Assembly: GCA_044376035.1 (NCBI GenBank)
Contig: JBILLO010000001.1
Location: 1 to 32,807 of the forward strand
DNA: 32,807 nt
Direction of reading: 5' to 3'
From: Sphingorhabdus sp.
GTDB lineage: Bacteria > Pseudomonadota > Alphaproteobacteria > Sphingomonadales > Sphingomonadaceae
Below are positions 7,785 through 15,850 of this stretch, in pieces. Positions within the stretch are counted from its first letter, which is position 1. Each line of letters opens with the position of its first letter. The notes under the pieces are model-generated. The model had not been told where the DNA came from. It ran no database searches and saw only the letters and a list, made by a program, of their open reading frames with translations. The position numbers were made by a program, and so were the translations under genes.

Positions 7785-9542
7785 ATGGCGAGCAAGGCGA
7801 ACACAGGCAGCAGCGCGAAGGCTGACAAAAAGAAATCGCAAAAGAAAGGTGCGCCATTTTCCGGTGTGGCGGGCGCTTTTGACGCCGCCAATGATGCCAC
7901 CATGGCGCTTGGTCCGCTGGCCGGATTGGCGCGAGAAGATTTCATTGGCGCGATTGGCCTGATGCTGCGCCAGACCGCCGCCAATCCCGACAAGGCATGG
8001 AAGGCAACGGCCAGCTTTTCCGAAGATGTGGTCAAGATTGTCACCGGGAAATCGGACCTTGTGCCCGACCCCAAGGACAAGCGCTTCATGGACCCGGCAT
8101 GGACGTTCAACCCGTTTTTTAAGGCAGGCGCGCAATATTATCTCGCGGTGCAAAAGGGCATTAAAAGCTATATTGAGGATTTGGAGCTCGATGCGCTCGA
8201 ACGCGACCGCGCAAATTTCATTTCGCAAATCATCATTGATGCAATGTCCCCGACCAACACCTTGATTGGGAACCCGACCGCGCAAAAGCGGCTAGTGGAT
8301 TCTGGCGGCCTCAGCCTCGTAAAGGGTTTGAAAAACGCCTATAATGACATGGTTCACAACGATATGATGGTGAGCCAGGTCAACAAAAAACCGTTCAAGC
8401 TTGGCGAGAATATCGCAACGGCAAAGGGCACCGTGGTCTATCGCGACGAACGTTTTGAACTTGTCCAATATGCGCCGACGACGGACAAGGTGTTCGCAAC
8501 GCCGCAACTGACCATTCCGCCGCAGATCAACAAAATGTATATCAATGATCTGTCCCCTGAAAAATCAATTATCAAATGGCAAACCGACCACGGGATTCAG
8601 CCATTCATGATTTCCTGGCGCAACCCCACTGATGACATGGGCGTGTGGGGCATGGCCGAATATATCGAAAGCTGCATCAAGGCGTTGGATGTGGTGTGTG
8701 AGATTACCGGCAGCGACAAGGTCAACATTTCGGGCGGCTGTTCGGGTGGGCAGACGATGTCGGTGTTGCTGTCTAAACTCGCGTCCATGGGCGACACCCG
8801 CGCCAATGCGATCACCATGATGGTGTGCGTGCTGGAGCCCAAGCCCGGCGATACCGAGGCATCGAGCCTTGTGTCGCACAATGGCATCGCATTGGCCCGC
8901 CAACGCGCGGCAAAGAAAGGTGTGATTGAGGGCAGCAGCCTTGCGCGCGGTTTTGCATGGTTGCGGCCCAATGACCTCATTTGGAACTATGTCATCAACA
9001 ATTATCTGATGGGCGATGATCCGCCGGCGTTCGATATCCTGTTCTGGAATGCCGATGCGACCAACCTGTCATCGGCATTGATGGGCGACTTCTTGGAGTT
9101 GTTTGAGGCAAATGCATATGCCGCGCCGGGCACGTTCGACATTGCGGGACACACGCTTGACCTGACCAAGGTGACGGGCGACCTGTTCGTTCTGGGCGGG
9201 ACCACCGACCATATCACGCCATGGCGCGCATGCTATCGCTCCACGCAGTTGTTCGGCGGCAAAAATGTCGAATTCATCCTGAGCCAAGCTGGCCATATGC
9301 AAGCGATCCTGAACCCGCCGGGCAACCCCAAGGCGAAATATTGGAAGCATAGCGAAGGCAAAGCGCCCGCCGATGTTACCGAATGGATGAAGGGCAGCGA
9401 AGAAGTCGCCGGAAGCTGGTGGCCACATTGGATGGAATGGCTCCACGCCCGGTCGGGTGCCGAGATCGCCGCGCCGAAGACGCAGGGGAGCAAGGCCCAT
9501 CCCGCAATGGAAGCCGCACCGGGGCTTTATGTTTTGGAGTGA
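7785..9542 (+). CDS. phaC: Poly(3-hydroxyalkanoate) synthase, class II-like
   Basis: GGAGG SD before ATG 7785; motifs DKRFMDPAW, PPQINKMYINDLSP, lipase box GGCSGG, LRPNDLIWNY, DHITPW, AGH and GSWWPHW. Confidence 0.92.
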   Translation: MASKANTGSSAKADKKKSQKKGAPFSGVAGAFDAANDATMALGPLAGLAREDFIGAIGLMLRQTAANPDKAWKATASFSEDVVKIVTGKSDLVPDPKDKRFMDPAWTFNPFFKAGAQYYLAVQKGIKSYIEDLELDALERDRANFISQIIIDAMSPTNTLIGNPTAQKRLVDSGGLSLVKGLKNAYNDMVHNDMMVSQVNKKPFKLGENIATAKGTVVYRDERFELVQYAPTTDKVFATPQLTIPPQINKMYINDLSPEKSIIKWQTDHGIQPFMISWRNPTDDMGVWGMAEYIESCIKALDVVCEITGSDKVNISGGCSGGQTMSVLLSKLASMGDTRANAITMMVCVLEPKPGDTEASSLVSHNGIALARQRAAKKGVIEGSSLARGFAWLRPNDLIWNYVINNYLMGDDPPAFDILFWNADATNLSSALMGDFLELFEANAYAAPGTFDIAGHTLDLTKVTGDLFVLGGTTDHITPWRACYRSTQLFGGKNVEFILSQAGHMQAILNPPGNPKAKYWKHSEGKAPADVTEWMKGSEEVAGSWWPHWMEWLHARSGAEIAAPKTQGSKAHPAMEAAPGLYVLE

Positions 9543-9594
9543 GGGGGGGTGTGATTAACTAATTCACTCTGAAATGAATTAGACTGCCGCGGCA

Positions 9595-10338
9595 ATGTCT
9601 CTAGAAAGACACACGAACATGAACCTCTCAACGTTTCTTCGCAGGCCAGCTGACACAGTAGCTCGCGAAAAACTGCTTCATGCCAAAGCAAGTTATGAAA
9701 TGCGGCTTCATGCCGCAAGGCTCGGCGCTCAAATTCAGATGACCGAACCAGAGATTGATAATCGAGGTTATGACTTCACCTTAATCCTCGACCACTATAA
9801 TTTTCCTGTCCAAAATAAGACGGCAATCCGGCCTGGCGGTTCACGAAATTGGAAAATTCGAGCTTCTTTATTACAGCCATGTTTTGCTGATCGCGATCTT
9901 GTGCCAGAGTTAGATGGCTTCAAAGTCGGAGGCGATTCTGGGGGTGCATCTGGCGGGGTTCTTTTACATTTAATCGATACTCGCGCTTCTGATGAGGACA
10001 ACAAACTTACCGTTGCTTACAAATATCTCGACATATTCTATATTGTGGCTGTTGCGGCGCGAATTTTTACGACCGGTTGTTTTACTGCCGATGCCGCAAT
10101 TGAATTTCTGCGACTGCTGAGAAATAGCCAACAACATGCTATGCTTCATGTTCCTGAGAAATATTTTCTGCCCATTTCATCTCCGGCAGCTATTCTTGCC
10201 TTTCGATTACACCTGCCGATCAGCAATTATGTATCTTGCTCAAAGCCCAGTTTCGACTTGAGCACCAACAATCAGCCAAATTCAGTCATGGCCGACCTTT
10301 GGAACAGCAGCATCGCTCCGTGGGTCGAACGATCATAG
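9595..10338 (+). CDS. Hypothetical protein, candidate PD-(D/E)XK restriction-endonuclease-fold nuclease
   Basis: 247-aa ORF, AT-richer than its neighbours. The N-terminal pattern RE...PEIDNRGYDFTL...PVQNK fits the E...D-xx-G-x-D...Q-x-K variant of the fold. Confidence 0.55.
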   Translation: MSLERHTNMNLSTFLRRPADTVAREKLLHAKASYEMRLHAARLGAQIQMTEPEIDNRGYDFTLILDHYNFPVQNKTAIRPGGSRNWKIRASLLQPCFADRDLVPELDGFKVGGDSGGASGGVLLHLIDTRASDEDNKLTVAYKYLDIFYIVAVAARIFTTGCFTADAAIEFLRLLRNSQQHAMLHVPEKYFLPISSPAAILAFRLHLPISNYVSCSKPSFDLSTNNQPNSVMADLWNSSIAPWVERS

Positions 10339-10427
10339 TTTCCTAATCAAGAACATAGAAATTGGGTGCCAAGTTTGAAAACCTTGAACCAGCAACAATT
10401 TTAGCGCACAATCCGTTCGACCCTTAA

Positions 10428-10748
10428 TCAAGCCAAAACCTGCAACCCATGCTTCTCCACCAGCGAAAGCAACTTCAATGCCATGCCGCTGGGGCGCTTA
10501 GCGCCGCTTTCCCATTTTTCGATCGTAGACTCGCTGGTACCGAGATAGCGTGCGAAGACCGGCTGGCTGACTTTGTTTGCTTTGCGCAGGCGGATGATAT
10601 CCTTTGGCGCAAGTTCGGGGACAGGTGACAGGCAGTCTTTGTCGAATTCGCGCATCGTGGTTTTGTCGATTATGCCATGACGGAACAGTGCTTGCGCTGA
10701 TGAATGGATGGCTTCCATCGCATCGCTTTTATATTTCGGCGAACCCAT
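10428..10748 (-). CDS. HigA-like Xre/Cro HTH antitoxin
   Basis: KYKSDAMEAIH...IDKTTMREFD...IIRLRKANKVSQPVFARYLG...WESGAKRPSGMALKLL; GGAG SD within the end of the toxin gene; start 5 nt after the toxin stop. Confidence 0.9.
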   Translation of the reverse strand: MGSPKYKSDAMEAIHSSAQALFRHGIIDKTTMREFDKDCLSPVPELAPKDIIRLRKANKVSQPVFARYLGTSESTIEKWESGAKRPSGMALKLLSLVEKHGLQVLA

Positions 10749-10753
10749 CGTTT

Positions 10754-11131
10754 TTACTCCAACTGCCCTACGCAAATTTCGATTAAACTTCCATCACCGA
10801 CCTCGAGCGCCAAACCTTCATCCGACATTGCCTGATAGATTTTAGCCAGATTGCGAAAACTCTTCAATTCAAAGTCCTCAAGGTTAGCTTTGTTCTGTTT
10901 CGAAAACAGAAATTCGTAAATCCAAAAACTTCCAGCCCGCGCCAAGATAATCGAGCGATACTGGTTGTTTGACAGCCGCTTTTTGTAAACACCGCCGCCC
11001 AGATCGTCTGCTTGCCCAGCAATCACTTGCGCGATAGCCTTGCATAGCGCCTTGTCCGAAACCTTCGCCTTCCGTGCCGCCTTTGCAAACCATGCCGATT
11101 TGAAAGCGCGTAGACGGGTTTGTTCGGACAT
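10754..11131 (-). CDS. Type II toxin-antitoxin RelE/ParE-family toxin (HigB-like, toxin-first order)
   Basis: FKSAWFAKAARK...ADDLGGGVYKKRL...RSIILA...FLFSKQNKANL; 125 aa, basic, upstream of an HTH gene. Confidence 0.9.
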   Translation of the reverse strand: MSEQTRLRAFKSAWFAKAARKAKVSDKALCKAIAQVIAGQADDLGGGVYKKRLSNNQYRSIILARAGSFWIYEFLFSKQNKANLEDFELKSFRNLAKIYQAMSDEGLALEVGDGSLIEICVGQLE

Positions 11132-11139
11132 GATTTTAG

Positions 11140-11156
11140 GTAGCACTAAGTGCTAC
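11140..11156. promoter_or_regulatory. Palindromic operator of the toxin-antitoxin operon
   Basis: Perfect GTAGCACT-A-AGTGCTAC located 8 nt upstream of the toxin ATG. Confidence 0.75.
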
Positions 11157-11189
11157 TTAAAACAAGACAAGAAATTGGCTTGCACCATC

Positions 11190-11203
11190 TAACCGTTCGG
11201 TTA
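11190..11203. promoter_or_regulatory. Palindrome in the phaZ upstream region, candidate TetR-type operator
   Basis: TAACCG-TT-CGGTTA directly after a TTGCAC -35-like hexamer at 11180-11185. Confidence 0.45.
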
Positions 11204-11245
11204 AACCTAACGCTACGCCCAAAATTCAGGGCAAAAGGAATCTCT

Positions 11246-12079
11246 ATGACCAAAAACCGCGCGCCCACCTTCAGTATGGAAACAGTTGATGGGCGGACGT
11301 TGCGGGTGGCGATTTGGCGGGCGAGTGCGCCGACGCATAAGCTTCCCATTTTGTTCTTCAACGGCATTGGCGCGAATATTGAGGCTATGGCGCCGATGGC
11401 CGAGTTGCTGGATGACCGCGACTTTATCACCTTTGATATGCCCGGCATTGGCGGTTCGCCGGACCCTGTTGTGCCGTATAACGCGATCCTGATGGCGCGG
11501 ATTGCGTCGCTGTTGCTTGACCGGTTTGAAATGCCCATCGTGGACGTCATGGGCGTCAGCTGGGGCGGGGCGATGGCGCAGCAATTTGCGCTTCAGAATA
11601 ATGCGCGTACCAACAAGCTCATTCTCGTCGCGACCAGCGCTGGCATGTTGATGGTGCCCGGCAATCCGGCGGCGCTCGTCAAAATGGCGGACCCGCGCCG
11701 CTATATCGACCCTGATTTCATGGCGAAGCATTTCAAGACGCTTTACGGCGGTATGGTGGGCAATCAGTCGGAGCATATTGGCCGGCTAAAGCCGCCGTCG
11801 AAAACCGGATATTTCTATCAATTGATGGCGATGATGGGATGGACGAGCGCGCCGTTCCTGCCGTTTATGAGAACTGAAACGCTCATCATGATGGGTGATG
11901 ACGACCAGATTGTCCCGCTGGCCAATGGCAGGTTTTTGAAATTCCTGATCCCGAACAGCGAATTGTTCGTGGTCGAAAATGGCGGGCATTTGTTCCTGTT
12001 GAGCCATGTCGCGCAAAGCATCGCGGCAATCCGTGGGTTTCTTGATCGCAATGCGAATGCGGAGCGTAAAGCGGCCTAA
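11246..12079 (+). CDS. phaZ: Intracellular poly(3-hydroxyalkanoate) depolymerase (Pseudomonas PhaZ type)
   Basis: AAGGA SD before ATG 11246; motifs FNGIGANIE, FDMPGIGGSP, lipase box GVSWG, MVPG, DPRRY, GWTS, DDQIVP and GGHLFL. Confidence 0.92.
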   Translation: MTKNRAPTFSMETVDGRTLRVAIWRASAPTHKLPILFFNGIGANIEAMAPMAELLDDRDFITFDMPGIGGSPDPVVPYNAILMARIASLLLDRFEMPIVDVMGVSWGGAMAQQFALQNNARTNKLILVATSAGMLMVPGNPAALVKMADPRRYIDPDFMAKHFKTLYGGMVGNQSEHIGRLKPPSKTGYFYQLMAMMGWTSAPFLPFMRTETLIMMGDDDQIVPLANGRFLKFLIPNSELFVVENGGHLFLLSHVAQSIAAIRGFLDRNANAERKAA

Positions 12080-12215
12080 ACCGCTGGCTGTTGCACATAC
12101 GTCACGGTTTTTTTGCGAACTGTTAGTATTTTTTTGAACTGTCAATTAGTGTCATCATAGTTACGCCATTCGCGGGTTAGAAACGCGTTTCTGTCGGCAT
12201 GAAGAGGCTGAGCGC

Positions 12216-12893
12216 ATGTTCAAAACTGTTGGAATCATCACTGGCGTAGATGCCGAGGCCGCAGCGTTATTTCCCGGCCAGAGCGCCGATAGCGAGGCGT
12301 TGCATGGCTTCATGGTGCGGCAAGTGCCCTTTGCGGCGCGCAATATCGTGATTACCTGCAGCGGCATTGGCAAAGTGAATGCCGCGATGGCGGCAATGAT
12401 GTTGGTCGAACATTATCATGCCGACTTACTGCTGGTTGTTGGCACGGCTGGAAAGCTGAACGGCAGGGAGGGAAATTGCTTCCAAATTATCGAGGCCGTG
12501 CAGGGCGACTATGGTGCCTCGCGCGCTGGCAGCTTTGTCCATTATCGGGCAGGGGCTTGGCCCATAGGAGAGGCGCATGCCGAACCCTTCCGCGCCGCCA
12601 TCATGCCCGATACTGGCCTGCCTGAGGTGCGGATAATCACCAGCGATTGCTTCGTCGAAAGCGCTGAACATGGCAGCAGGCTACATAAGGCGCTCAGCGG
12701 CGATATCGTTGACATGGAAACCGCCGCCGTCGCACAAGCCGCCGCGCGCATGGATGTGCCTTGGGCCGCGATTAAGGCGACCAGCGATGATGCCAATGGC
12801 GACAGCGCTGGCGATTTCCAGGCCAATTTGAAACGCGCCGCCCGCTTGGCCGCCGATGCCGCCGAACGGATGATAGAGGCGTTCTCGGCCTAA
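12216..12893 (+). CDS. mtnN: 5'-methylthioadenosine/S-adenosylhomocysteine nucleosidase family protein
   Basis: GIITGVDAE, SGIGKVNAA, GTAG, VDMETAAVAQ and IKATSD motifs of the PNP/UDP phosphorylase fold. Confidence 0.82.
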   Translation: MFKTVGIITGVDAEAAALFPGQSADSEALHGFMVRQVPFAARNIVITCSGIGKVNAAMAAMMLVEHYHADLLLVVGTAGKLNGREGNCFQIIEAVQGDYGASRAGSFVHYRAGAWPIGEAHAEPFRAAIMPDTGLPEVRIITSDCFVESAEHGSRLHKALSGDIVDMETAAVAQAAARMDVPWAAIKATSDDANGDSAGDFQANLKRAARLAADAAERMIEAFSA

Positions 12894-14453
12894 TTACTTT
12901 GCTTGTGCGATCTGCCGTCGGCGAAGGCTGGCAACGGGAATGAGTCTGTCGGGAAGGTCACGGGCGATTTTGCTGAACGCGGCATCGATTTCGGGTCGTG
13001 ATCTTAGGCGGTCGCGAAGATCGGGTAGGTTTGAATCAACGTAGAAAATTCCGAAATCATCTGGCTGCAAAGCCTGCGCCATGTCATCCTGATGGTCGGG
13101 GTTTTTAAGCGCCTCAATAACAATTGCCGCTGCCTTGTCATCATTACCTGCGCATAAATAAGCCCTAGCGGCGGATGCATAACCATCTTCACGACGTTCA
13201 TACGCCTCGGTCAACAACGGCGCCGCTTCCGCCTTTCGGCCCAAATTAACCAATGCACAGATACGCGCCCGGCGAATGAACATTTTTTGCCATGGCGAAC
13301 CAGCTTGCTCGGCAACTTGATGCGCCAGCATGGTTGCATCATATCCTTTTTGCCACTGCCCCACATTAACAAGGCGCGATGCACGGTTCATAATGAAATT
13401 AAGGAGCCAAAACTTTCTCTCGCCTTCAAACGGAAGTGCGGCCATTGCATCAAAAACGGCGTCTGCCTCGCTGTCCCGTCCAAGCGCGTCTAGGGCATGC
13501 GCCTCAATATTCATGGCCCATATATCATCCTCTGTGGCGTCCAACATCGCCTCTGGGCTGTGGTGAAAAGTCCGCGCCACCGCAATCGCCTCTTCAAACT
13601 TTCCTGCAAAGCCAAGAGCTTGGACGTATAGTTTGAACGCCTGCCGATCTTCTGGATCGGCATCATATGCTTCTTTGTTTTGGGCAATATTTGCACCGGC
13701 TATCTTTTGCAGATTTGGTCCGGCAATTTCCTCAAGCTGCGGCCAAATTGGTTCCAACTTGCGGTTGGCGAGCAGATTTAGAACGGAATAAGGACCCCAT
13801 AATTCCCCTTTTAGCATTTTAACGCGACCGAAATTGCCACTTTTGGCATCAAGCGTGATTGTTTCTTGGGCGATGTCAGATCGCATATTGGCGGGCAATC
13901 TACCCAAATGTGGCGAGTCTGCCAGCGCCCGAAACATCCGCGATCGGATTTCGTCATTTTTGTTTAAGGCAAGGGCGCTTGCGAGGGGCCAGAACACATC
14001 CTCATCTAGCTCACTGATATAATCACCATCTGCCAAACTTGCCATCTTGATAATCCGTCTGGCAGCGGCTGGAAACTCTCCCGCATCAACTTCTACTAAC
14101 AACATGAGGTTGGATAAGAGCAAAGCATCTAGTGTTTCTTCAAGATCGGCGGAGAGGGCGAACGCGTCTTTGTGGCGTTTTTCGTATACGGCGCACAGCA
14201 AAGCGGATAAAGGATTGGGGTCACTGATATAGGGCTTTGCTGCGTCCCGACTGGCGACTTCATCGAGAAGCAGATCTAGATCTTTACAAAATTTGGGATT
14301 TTCAGTGACAAGAAATTTTTGAAAATATACCCCAAGCTCTTCATCCGAAAACGCGCTATAGTCAGGCGCTTCTTTGGCATATAGTGGCGTTCCAACCGCG
14401 CAAATACATGCCATCGCAACGGTAAGCCACGCTTTACACTTCACATTGGTCAT
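12894..14453 (-). CDS. Secreted helical-repeat (TPR-like) hypothetical protein
   Basis: 519 aa with a signal peptide (…AVGTPLYA/KE) and TPR-like segments (ALGFAGKFEEAIA, ALDALGRDSEADA, ALVNLGRKAEA). Confidence 0.7.
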   Translation of the reverse strand: MTNVKCKAWLTVAMACICAVGTPLYAKEAPDYSAFSDEELGVYFQKFLVTENPKFCKDLDLLLDEVASRDAAKPYISDPNPLSALLCAVYEKRHKDAFALSADLEETLDALLLSNLMLLVEVDAGEFPAAARRIIKMASLADGDYISELDEDVFWPLASALALNKNDEIRSRMFRALADSPHLGRLPANMRSDIAQETITLDAKSGNFGRVKMLKGELWGPYSVLNLLANRKLEPIWPQLEEIAGPNLQKIAGANIAQNKEAYDADPEDRQAFKLYVQALGFAGKFEEAIAVARTFHHSPEAMLDATEDDIWAMNIEAHALDALGRDSEADAVFDAMAALPFEGERKFWLLNFIMNRASRLVNVGQWQKGYDATMLAHQVAEQAGSPWQKMFIRRARICALVNLGRKAEAAPLLTEAYERREDGYASAARAYLCAGNDDKAAAIVIEALKNPDHQDDMAQALQPDDFGIFYVDSNLPDLRDRLRSRPEIDAAFSKIARDLPDRLIPVASLRRRQIAQAK

Positions 14454-14473
14454 TTTGCCCCCTTATATTTCCC

Positions 14474-15790
14474 TCAAATCCAAAGCCCTACCGAATGGAT
14501 GATAATCCCCGCCAGACCGCCGACCAATGTGCCGTTGATGCGGATGAATTGCAAGTCGCTGCCCACGGCATTTTCGACGCGGTCAGTTATGGTGGATGCG
14601 TCCCAGCGGGCTACGGTGTCGGACACTAAACGGACGATGTTATCGCCGTAATTTTCGGTCGTGCCGACAATGGCGCGGCGGGCGAAGCGGTTGATTTGGT
14701 GTTTCAGCCGTGTGTCCGCTTGCAAAGTGCTGCCCAACTTAATGAGCGCATCGCCAAAGCTGCCGGCCAAGGCGGCATCGGGGTTACGCGCGGCCTTTAA
14801 CAGGCCATCACGGCCTTGGTCCCACAGGCTGTTGATCCATTTGCCCATCGCTGGATTTTCCAACAACTGCCCCTTCCAATGCGCGACCTTGGCTTGCAAT
14901 TCTGTGTCATTGCGCAGGTCATGGGCCAGCTTGGCCAGCCCCTCTTCGCCCTTTTCCCGCAAAGGATGGTCGGGGTCTTCGGCCATTTCATGCAGCAACT
15001 TATTAAGGCCATTGACGATGGCATTGGCCAACCTGTCATCAAGACCAGTCCAGCGCATGATCGTATTGGCGCGCTCCTCCACCATTTCGCGGATCAGATG
15101 TTCATTGGCCTCCAATGTTGCCGATGCCCATTTGATGATGCTGTCGAGCACAGGGATATGCCGCCGTTCGCGGATCATCGCGGTCAGCAACTGGCCAAGC
15201 AAAGGCGCGATGTCGAGCTTGTCGAGTTGCTTGCGAATTGCGCCCTTGGCGATGCCGCCCAATCGTTCATCGTCAAGCGCGGCGATGATATCCCCTATCA
15301 GGCGCGATGCCCCCATGCGCATCCGGCCTTCGCCGCCCGATGGCGCGCTTAGGAACTTGCCCATTGCGCCTGCGACATCCATGCGCTGCACGCGGCGGGC
15401 AACGACCTTAGTTGTCAGGAAATTGGTGCGCAGGAAGCTGGCCAAGGTGCGGCCAAGCCGTTCCTTGTTATTCGGAATGATCGCGGTGTGCGGAATGGGT
15501 ATGCCCAAGGGGTGCCTGAACAAAGCTGTGACGGCAAACCAATCGGCGAGGCCACCAATCATCCCCGCCTCGGCAAAGGCCCTTAAAAAGCCCCAATAGC
15601 CGTCGTAACGGGTTTCCATATATTTGCCGAATACGAACAAAGCGGCCATGCACAGCAACAAGGCCGTTGCGATGATCCGCATCTGGCGCAGTTCGGCATC
15701 ACGCTCCGCATAGCGCGCTTTTTCCGAGAGGCCGAGTTGGTTGACAGCTTTCACACGCCGAACCTTAACGACGTGTGCAAAAAACGCCAC
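14474..15790 (-). CDS. DUF445 family (YjiN-like) membrane protein; start uncertain
   Basis: AEAGMIGGLADWFAVTALFRHPLGIPIPHTAIIP near the N-terminus and DLQFIRINGTLVGG at the C-terminus. Confidence 0.9.
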   Translation of the reverse strand: MAFFAHVVKVRRVKAVNQLGLSEKARYAERDAELRQMRIIATALLLCMAALFVFGKYMETRYDGYWGFLRAFAEAGMIGGLADWFAVTALFRHPLGIPIPHTAIIPNNKERLGRTLASFLRTNFLTTKVVARRVQRMDVAGAMGKFLSAPSGGEGRMRMGASRLIGDIIAALDDERLGGIAKGAIRKQLDKLDIAPLLGQLLTAMIRERRHIPVLDSIIKWASATLEANEHLIREMVEERANTIMRWTGLDDRLANAIVNGLNKLLHEMAEDPDHPLREKGEEGLAKLAHDLRNDTELQAKVAHWKGQLLENPAMGKWINSLWDQGRDGLLKAARNPDAALAGSFGDALIKLGSTLQADTRLKHQINRFARRAIVGTTENYGDNIVRLVSDTVARWDASTITDRVENAVGSDLQFIRINGTLVGGLAGIIIHSVGLWI

Positions 15791-15850
15791 CCATCGTCAT
15801 TCTGAATATGTTTCAGGATGACATTCCTGTTTGGCGGCGCTGCCACCATG

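Noticed and set aside
11150-11245. N-terminal extension of phaZ given in the track
   Set aside because: It overlaps two operator-like palindromes, and ATG 11246 has a clear SD.
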